From NCBI GenBank assembly GCA_050124795.1, contig JASFEO010000001.1:26723-90722 (forward strand): a stretch of 64,000 nucleotides of DNA. Direction: 5' to 3'. The notes under the pieces are model-generated. The model was not told the DNA's origin. It searched no databases and worked only from the letters and a program-made list of their open reading frames with translations. Positions 58,503-64,000 of this stretch are shown one piece after another (the first letter of the stretch is position 1; each line of letters begins with the position of its first letter). The DNA is from Candidatus Pacearchaeota archaeon (GTDB lineage Archaea > Nanobdellota > Nanobdellia > Pacearchaeales > GW2011-AR1). The position numbers and the translations under genes are program-made.

Positions 58503-59336
58503 ATGACATTAACAGATACAAAAGCAATTCCGACATGGTGCCCGGGATGTTTTAATTTTCAAATACTTGCAGGTGTAAAAAAAGCAATAAACGAAAAAAT
58601 AAAAACCGAAGAAGACCGCAAAAACTGGATGATGGTGTCAGGGATTGGCTGCTCTGGAAAAATAATGGATTATATAAATTTAAATGGTGTTCACACCTTG
58701 CATGGAAGAGTTTTGCCGACTTGCCTCGGAATGAAAGTTGGAAATCCAAATTTAAATGTCTTGGGTTTTTCAGGAGACGGAGATGCTTATGCAGAAGGAG
58801 GGGGTCACCTTGTTCATGCAGCAAGATACAATGCAGACTTCAAATACTTTGTTCATAATAATCAGGTTTTCGCCCTAACAGTTGGCCAGTCAACACCAGT
58901 TACAAATTTGGGTTTCGCAGACAAGACAAACCCCGAAGGTGTTAAACTCACCCCCCTAAATCCAATAAGAATAATGCTCGCAGCAGGCGCAAGTTTTGTT
59001 GCAAGGGTTTTTGCCGACGTAAACCAAGTTGAATGGGTAACAAGAGAAGCACTAAAGCACAAAGGTTTTGCATTCATCGAAGTAATCCAGCCATGTTTAG
59101 TTTTCCATCCGGATCAGGGCTACAAAGAAAAAACTTATTCACTTGAACAAACAGGTCATGACAAAACAAACTTTGAAGCAGCATGGCAAAAAGCAAATGA
59201 ATTTGACTACAATAAAATCGACAAAATCCCAATTGGAATTTTTTATCAACAAGAAAGACCAATTTTCGAAGAGCATTTTAGTGTTCTTGCAGACTTGAAG
59301 AAAAAAGGAATTGGTTTTAAGGATATAAAAAGGTAA
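58503..59336 (+). CDS. korB: 2-oxoacid:ferredoxin oxidoreductase beta subunit (TPP-binding)
   Basis: WCPGCFNFQIL, GIGCSGK, GDGDAYAEGGGHL TPP-binding motifs; ORF-track start 58446 is probably an upstream artefact. Confidence 0.8.
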   Translation: MTLTDTKAIPTWCPGCFNFQILAGVKKAINEKIKTEEDRKNWMMVSGIGCSGKIMDYINLNGVHTLHGRVLPTCLGMKVGNPNLNVLGFSGDGDAYAEGGGHLVHAARYNADFKYFVHNNQVFALTVGQSTPVTNLGFADKTNPEGVKLTPLNPIRIMLAAGASFVARVFADVNQVEWVTREALKHKGFAFIEVIQPCLVFHPDQGYKEKTYSLEQTGHDKTNFEAAWQKANEFDYNKIDKIPIGIFYQQERPIFEEHFSVLADLKKKGIGFKDIKR

Positions 59337-59426
59337 AAAATTTCTTTGAGAAATTTTTTAATTCTGCACTGAATAATTAAGATGTAAGATTATTATAAAA
59401 AATTCAGATAAGAATTCAGGTTGCCA

Positions 59427-59993
59427 TTAGGCAATCTCTTTCAATTCCCAAATGCATAAACGCTCAAAAAACAAATTTTCACAACCAATCTCTTTTTCAA
59501 TAAATTCAAGTTTTTTAAAATCTATTTGTTCAGCTAAATCCGAAGTAATTAAAAAAATTCGCCCATTCTTTTTTAAATAATCTTTTGCATCTTTCAAGAA
59601 TCTCAAAATAATTTCATTTCCCTTTTTCCCGCCAGTTGTTGAAATTTGCGATTCTTTTGGTTCTTTTTGGTCATACGGCAAGTAAGGAGGATTAAAAATA
59701 ATCAAGTTAAATTTTCCTTTTACATTTTCAAATAAATCAGAATGAATGCAATTAAAACCTAAAACATTGCAATGATCTACTGACGATGTATCAACATCAA
59801 CTGGAAAAATATTCTCTCTTTTTACCCCTAAATTATTTGCAGTCTCGAGATGAATCCCGCTTCCTGCACCAATCTCTAAAAATTTTAAATCAGGATTTTG
59901 TTTTAATAGTTCTGGCAATCTTTGTTTCAAAATCCTCGACATTAAATAAGAATCTTCTTGTGGCTGGTAAATTGTCATAGTTAAACTAATCAA
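59427..59993 (-). CDS. Mtq2/HemK-like N5-glutamine methyltransferase
   Basis: SAM motif LEIGAGSG; NPPY (IIFNPPYLPY); 188 aa as for archaeal Mtq2. Confidence 0.65.
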   Translation of the reverse strand: MISLTMTIYQPQEDSYLMSRILKQRLPELLKQNPDLKFLEIGAGSGIHLETANNLGVKRENIFPVDVDTSSVDHCNVLGFNCIHSDLFENVKGKFNLIIFNPPYLPYDQKEPKESQISTTGGKKGNEIILRFLKDAKDYLKKNGRIFLITSDLAEQIDFKKLEFIEKEIGCENLFFERLCIWELKEIA

Positions 59994-60048
59994 AATAAAG
60001 TTTAATAAATAGCGTATTATTTAAAAACAACTTATTATTATTTAATTT

Positions 60049-60519
60049 ATGAATATACTTATTCATTTTATAATTAATATCTTGATAATGATGCCTTTTG
60101 GTCTAAGTCCTCTTGAATTATTTATAGTTGGTTTTGGGGGGATAGTAATTGACTTAGATCATGTTATCTATCAATATTTTATTGCAAAAAATAAGACACT
60201 AAAAGAAATGTTTGAATGGCATAAAAAAGAAAATGCAGTTCATCGCCCGCATTTTTATATTTTCCATATGATTGAATTTATCATAGCATTTATTATAATT
60301 TCTTTTTTTATTAATAGGTTAGTCTTTCTTTTTGCACTTGGTTTTGGATTGCATTTTCTAGGAGATTTTATTCTTTATATTCTTTATTATAAATCCTTAT
60401 CCTGGATGAAATATTTTTCTTTGGCCTATAAGATGATCAATTTTTTTACCAAAAAATTTATAAATAAGTCTAACTTAGTTAAAATAAGGCGAAATAATTA
60501 TGGTAAATGCATTAATTAA
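60049..60519 (+). CDS. Polytopic membrane protein
   Basis: 4 predicted TM helices. Confidence 0.4.
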   Translation: MNILIHFIINILIMMPFGLSPLELFIVGFGGIVIDLDHVIYQYFIAKNKTLKEMFEWHKKENAVHRPHFYIFHMIEFIIAFIIISFFINRLVFLFALGFGLHFLGDFILYILYYKSLSWMKYFSLAYKMINFFTKKFINKSNLVKIRRNNYGKCIN

Positions 60520-60733
60520 AATTGATGAAAATATAAATAGAATAATGAATATCATAAAGGCAAGACATGGTTTAAAAGATAAAGGAGAAGTTGTTGAATT
60601 TGTTATAAAAAAATTTGCAGAGTATGAATCTGAACCAGACCTCCTTCCCGAGTTTGTGAAAAAGATACACAAAATAGAGAGACAAAAAAGCATTAAAGTT
60701 GATGATTTTGCAAAAAGGTATGGATTAAAATAA
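60500..60733 (+). CDS. Putative antitoxin
   Basis: 77 aa; immediately upstream (2-nt gap) of RelE/YoeB-like ORF. Confidence 0.35.
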   Translation: MVNALIKIDENINRIMNIIKARHGLKDKGEVVEFVIKKFAEYESEPDLLPEFVKKIHKIERQKSIKVDDFAKRYGLK

Positions 60734-60734
60734 A

Positions 60735-61019
60735 ATGTATTCTTTGGAAATTAAAGAAGAGGCTGATAAAACTTTTTCTAAACTTTCCAGGAAAAATTTA
60801 AAGCAACTCAAAATGATTGACAAGAAAATTAAAAAAATCAGACAAGAACCTTTGCATTCATATAAATTCTTAAAAAAACCTTTGCAAAAATTTAACAGAG
60901 TTCATGTTGATAATTCTTTTGTTTTAGTTTTCAAAATAGATCCCCCGCGTGAAACAGTAATTATATTCTACTTTGACCATCACGACAAAGTTTACCAATG
61001 GAAACCTAAGGAAAAGTAA
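60735..61019 (+). CDS. RelE/ParE/YoeB-family toxin
   Basis: FNRVHVDNSFVLVFKIDPPRETVIIFYFDHHDKVY follows the RelE/YoeB pattern. Confidence 0.5.
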   Translation: MYSLEIKEEADKTFSKLSRKNLKQLKMIDKKIKKIRQEPLHSYKFLKKPLQKFNRVHVDNSFVLVFKIDPPRETVIIFYFDHHDKVYQWKPKEK

Positions 61020-61046
61020 GAAAAGTAAAATTCTCTTTGGAAATTT

Positions 61047-61607
61047 TTAATTAAATATCCCACTAAAAAATCCAGACTTGTCAAAAAAATCAAGAATAGA
61101 ATCTTTGAAAATAAAAACAGCCCCGAGAAGTCCGAGCAAAATTACTAAAGAAATTATTATCGCAATAATGGCCCCGTGCTTTTTTGGTTTTTCACCATAA
61201 GTTGAAGCACCTGGTTTTGGAGCCTGTGTGCCTGTTGGCTTGCCATTTGGAAACTCAATTTGGTTTAACCTCTCAATTGCGCCGCTTATTCCCTGTTTTA
61301 TTTTCCTGATTGATTCTGCATTATTCCCATATGCTGAAACTCTCTGAATTCCCTGATTCTGAGGAATTGGTTTAAATTTCTGAACCTGCTTTTCTGCTTT
61401 TGGTTTTTCCACAGAAGTTTTTCCATGAATATAATTTTTTTCAGGAGCAATCACTTGACCCTGCTGCCCTGCCTGAACTGCCCTCGCTGCCTTTTCAATT
61501 TCCCCCCTCTCATAACCAGCATTATAAAAACTAATCATTGCATCACGAAGACTCTCGCCTTTTTTCATTGCTTCAAGTATCCCCTCAACTAAAACTATAT
61601 CTGCCAT
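61047..61607 (-). CDS. Tail-anchored membrane protein, Gln/Lys/Pro-rich
   Basis: C-terminal TM AIIAIIISLVILLGLLGAVFIF. Confidence 0.4.
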   Translation of the reverse strand: MADIVLVEGILEAMKKGESLRDAMISFYNAGYERGEIEKAARAVQAGQQGQVIAPEKNYIHGKTSVEKPKAEKQVQKFKPIPQNQGIQRVSAYGNNAESIRKIKQGISGAIERLNQIEFPNGKPTGTQAPKPGASTYGEKPKKHGAIIAIIISLVILLGLLGAVFIFKDSILDFFDKSGFFSGIFN

Positions 61608-61650
61608 TTTCCTCTTTATAAAATATTAAGAAAGTGATGTTTAAAAAATC

Positions 61651-61795
61651 TTGCTTAAGAAGTACCTGCTAACACTCCTTTGAAACTACCAAATTTTACT
61701 GTTTTAAGGATTGAAATTTTGCGAAGAAAAATCAGTTTGCCTTTTTAAGGCTTAATGTATCCAAATTTCATTTTTCCCGTTAGCAGGTACCTTAG
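61651..61795. repeat. Inverted-repeat-bounded element (MITE-like or structured RNA)
   Basis: AAGAAGTACCTGCTAAC (61654-61670) and GTTAGCAGGTACCTTAGG (61778-61795) share a perfect 12-nt inverted core flanking about 105 nt; TTAAGG motif recurs four times. Confidence 0.35.
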
Positions 61796-61806
61796 GAAAA
61801 TTTCTT

Positions 61807-62925
61807 TTAGAAATTTTTTAATTCTACCAATACACGAGGAATCTCTTTATATTCATGTCCAGCATATTTAGGAACTAACTTCTGCATTTTTTCTTTTGTT
61901 CTTTTGAAGTTTATATTTAGTCTCTCTTGAAATTTATCATGATCAATTCCCCTTCTTTTTAATCTTTCTTTTTCAGGACCATATAACTTTAATGGAAATG
62001 CCCAGGATTTGCTAACAAAATTAGGTCCATACTTTTTCATTCCTTTTTGCAAAAATTCATCAACCGTATTTGGATCTGAATCATACATAAAAGGGTATGC
62101 ATCAATTCCCGCATTTACCATCCTATCATAAGTATACCATCTTTCATTATCCAAAAAAGAAAAATTCTTATTTACTTTCCCTTTCTTGTTGCAAAATCCA
62201 ATTGCCCTAAGATTACTCTCAGTATCTGTTCCTTTGAATGAACACAAAACTCCGAAATTATTGTACTCTCCTAATTTTTTCCAGAAAAATTTATCTAGTC
62301 TTCCCTGTTGTATTAAATAATCTATAAAATGTCCTGTTGTTTGATTTGTCTCTCCCTGAAAATAAATCTTATCACTTAATCCTCTTTTTTCAATTTCTTC
62401 AAGAGTTTCTAACCATTGCCATGGCGCAAGAAGAGGTTCTCCACCTGAACGTCTTATAACATGAATTGTTTTTGTTTTTCTTGTGTCTTCCAATGCATCG
62501 ATAATCTCAGATGTTGAAAAATATTCTCCCCTTCCTTTTTTACCATTTTTATTTTCATCATCTACAAAACACCAAGGACAATAAACATTGCAGGTTTTTG
62601 TTTGGGGCATAAAAGTCATATTGCATTCTGCCAAAGAAAGTCCTTTTAATCTGGATACTGCCCATGCAGGCATATCAAAACCATTATCTGCAACAACTGC
62701 TTTTTCCAAAGCTTCTTCATCATTTGAATCAGCTTTTAAATTATCTTTTGTCCTATAAAAATCCCCAATAGTATACGCGCTTTTGTTAATGTCTTCTGCC
62801 TGAAGGGTTTTAGAAAGATTTGCTAAAAGATACTTCCTCTCTCTCTTCGTTTCAAGAACAGTTTTCCTACTTAGATTGTTGCACCTTTTTTCAACCCACC
62901 ACTTTTCAACATTCATATCCCCCAA
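61807..62925 (-). CDS. Radical SAM enzyme with ~110-aa N-terminal extension, function unknown
   Basis: CNVYCPWC (CX3CX2C) followed by SGGEPLL; 372 aa. Confidence 0.65.
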   Translation of the reverse strand: MGDMNVEKWWVEKRCNNLSRKTVLETKRERKYLLANLSKTLQAEDINKSAYTIGDFYRTKDNLKADSNDEEALEKAVVADNGFDMPAWAVSRLKGLSLAECNMTFMPQTKTCNVYCPWCFVDDENKNGKKGRGEYFSTSEIIDALEDTRKTKTIHVIRRSGGEPLLAPWQWLETLEEIEKRGLSDKIYFQGETNQTTGHFIDYLIQQGRLDKFFWKKLGEYNNFGVLCSFKGTDTESNLRAIGFCNKKGKVNKNFSFLDNERWYTYDRMVNAGIDAYPFMYDSDPNTVDEFLQKGMKKYGPNFVSKSWAFPLKLYGPEKERLKRRGIDHDKFQERLNINFKRTKEKMQKLVPKYAGHEYKEIPRVLVELKNF

Positions 62926-63017
62926 AATAATCTTTGCTTTAAAAATATTATTGCATTTGAAAATATATAATCAAGAGAACACAAATAATTTATAAACCAA
63001 CAATTTCATTTAACTCA

Positions 63018-63392
63018 ATGTATCCAATAGAAAAACTTGTCCTTAGCATGAAACTAAAATCAGTTGCGCAAGGATTAAGCAATTTAATTAACAGCAGGGA
63101 ATTAACTAAAGAAAATTCAGAAAATTTTTCCTGGGCAAAAAAACTCATTGCGCAAATGGATTTTCACTCTGAAAAATACGCAACAGAAGAAACAAGAGAA
63201 TTATCAATAACTGCAACAGAATTAAGACCCAACTTTATTTCACAACTTTCAAAATATGGGTTAACTTATGAAGAACTTGATAAAACTCTCAACCCTAATT
63301 ATAAATTTCTGCCAACCCTTAATTCTGCATACAGGATTTTCAATAAAATCTCTTCAGAAGTTCATAATGAAATTCCTATGGGAAACATCTAA
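63018..63392 (+). CDS. Hypothetical protein
   Basis: 124 aa. Confidence 0.3.
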   Translation: MYPIEKLVLSMKLKSVAQGLSNLINSRELTKENSENFSWAKKLIAQMDFHSEKYATEETRELSITATELRPNFISQLSKYGLTYEELDKTLNPNYKFLPTLNSAYRIFNKISSEVHNEIPMGNI

Positions 63393-63398
63393 GGCTGT

Positions 63399-63725
63399 TT
63401 ATCCCAATCCATATTTTATTTTTATTTGGTGAAGTCTTTCCCTGAACTTTGAATAAGCTTTGTCATGAGACCCGATTGTCAAAAACCAAAGAATCCTTTT
63501 GTGGATAAAATAAACAACACGTATATTTTTAGTTATCGGCTCTCTATAACAATGCGAACTTCCATGAAGATGCTTTTGCCTTTTTGGATTTTCAATAATT
63601 TTCTTTCTCTTTTTCTCAAAAATCTTAATATCTTTGTCAGATAACTTATCTAAATCTTTAAAAAAACTTTCATGAAACTTAATTTCCAACTTAACAGGTG
63701 ATTCCACGTCTTTTGAGATACTCAT
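63399..63725 (-). CDS. RelE/ParE-family toxin
   Basis: ENPKRQKHLHGSSHCYREPITKNIRVVYFIHKRILWFLTIGSHDKAY fits the RelE pattern. Confidence 0.5.
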   Translation of the reverse strand: MSISKDVESPVKLEIKFHESFFKDLDKLSDKDIKIFEKKRKKIIENPKRQKHLHGSSHCYREPITKNIRVVYFIHKRILWFLTIGSHDKAYSKFRERLHQIKIKYGLG

Positions 63726-63891
63726 TATAATCCTCTTCAGTTTTTCCCTGAACTTTTCCCATCCTAATATCCTTAATTCTTTTTTCAGTTATCTCTTTTT
63801 GGCTTCTCATCTCTTCAACATCACTAATCAAAATTTCAACTGTTGCAAGAAGCTTATTGAAGTCTGATTTTTTAATATTAATATTTTCCAT
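63691..63891 (-). CDS. Putative antitoxin
   Basis: 66 aa upstream of and overlapping the RelE-like toxin. Confidence 0.35.
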   Translation of the reverse strand: MENINIKKSDFNKLLATVEILISDVEEMRSQKEITEKRIKDIRMGKVQGKTEEDYNEYLKRRGITC

Positions 63892-64000
63892 AATTAAATC
63901 AACCCTAAAAACTTTATAAATTTACCGAATTAATCTTTGCATTTTCACTAACAACTTTTAAAAAATTTAAATCCTAATAACGCAAGGACATAACTAAAAT

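Noticed and set aside
1-64000. CRISPR arrays, integrases, transposases, rRNA genes
   Set aside because: Scanned intergenic regions for regularly spaced direct repeats and found none beyond those reported. No ORF shows integrase (R..H..R..Y) or DDE transposase patterns.

Overview
This 64 kb window is AT-rich (roughly 30% GC by eye) and reads as a compact archaeal chromosome segment, most likely from a DPANN-type (Woese-/Pacearchaeota-like) archaeon. The archaeal assignment rests on recognisable core archaeal genes: aIF2-beta, aIF-1A, class I LysRS, ArgS, GatB, FtsZ, Dim2-like KH protein, TYW3, Mtq2-like methyltransferase, a short Rad50 plus Mre11, a histone-fold protein, pilins with archaeal class III signal peptides, and an SRP RNA. 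Several bacterial-flavoured genes are interleaved: NrdR next to a class II (B12) RNR, RecQ, a ComEA-like HhH protein, and an SNase-like nuclease. From the sequence I recognise three RNA genes: tRNA-Leu(TAA), a tRNA-Asn(GTT) apparently interrupted by a non-canonical D-loop intron and overlapping the end of a CDS, and an SRP/7S RNA on the minus strand. The most distinctive locus (about 20.8-31.9 kb) encodes two type IV pilin-like proteins, five secreted or type-I membrane proteins, and a membrane-anchored extracellular nuclease. Among the five, one has duplicated PKD domains and three carry CxxGDG...EECDDGN...DGCS-type cysteine-rich repeats. A ComEA-like DNA-binding protein and two more Cys-rich surface proteins lie 9-14 kb away. 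Together these suggest a cell-surface attachment / extracellular DNA scavenging apparatus. Other notable points: three Hjc-like PD-(D/E)xK nuclease paralogs, each with a different N-terminal extension; a Nudix hydrolase frameshifted at an A8 tract, divergent from a wHTH plus degenerate-Nudix regulator; six toxin-antitoxin modules, one of which together with a GNAT gene splits korA from korB; and an approximately 145-bp inverted-repeat-bounded element. No CRISPR array, integrase or transposase was seen. All calls are from reading the sequence and ORF translations only; no searches were run.
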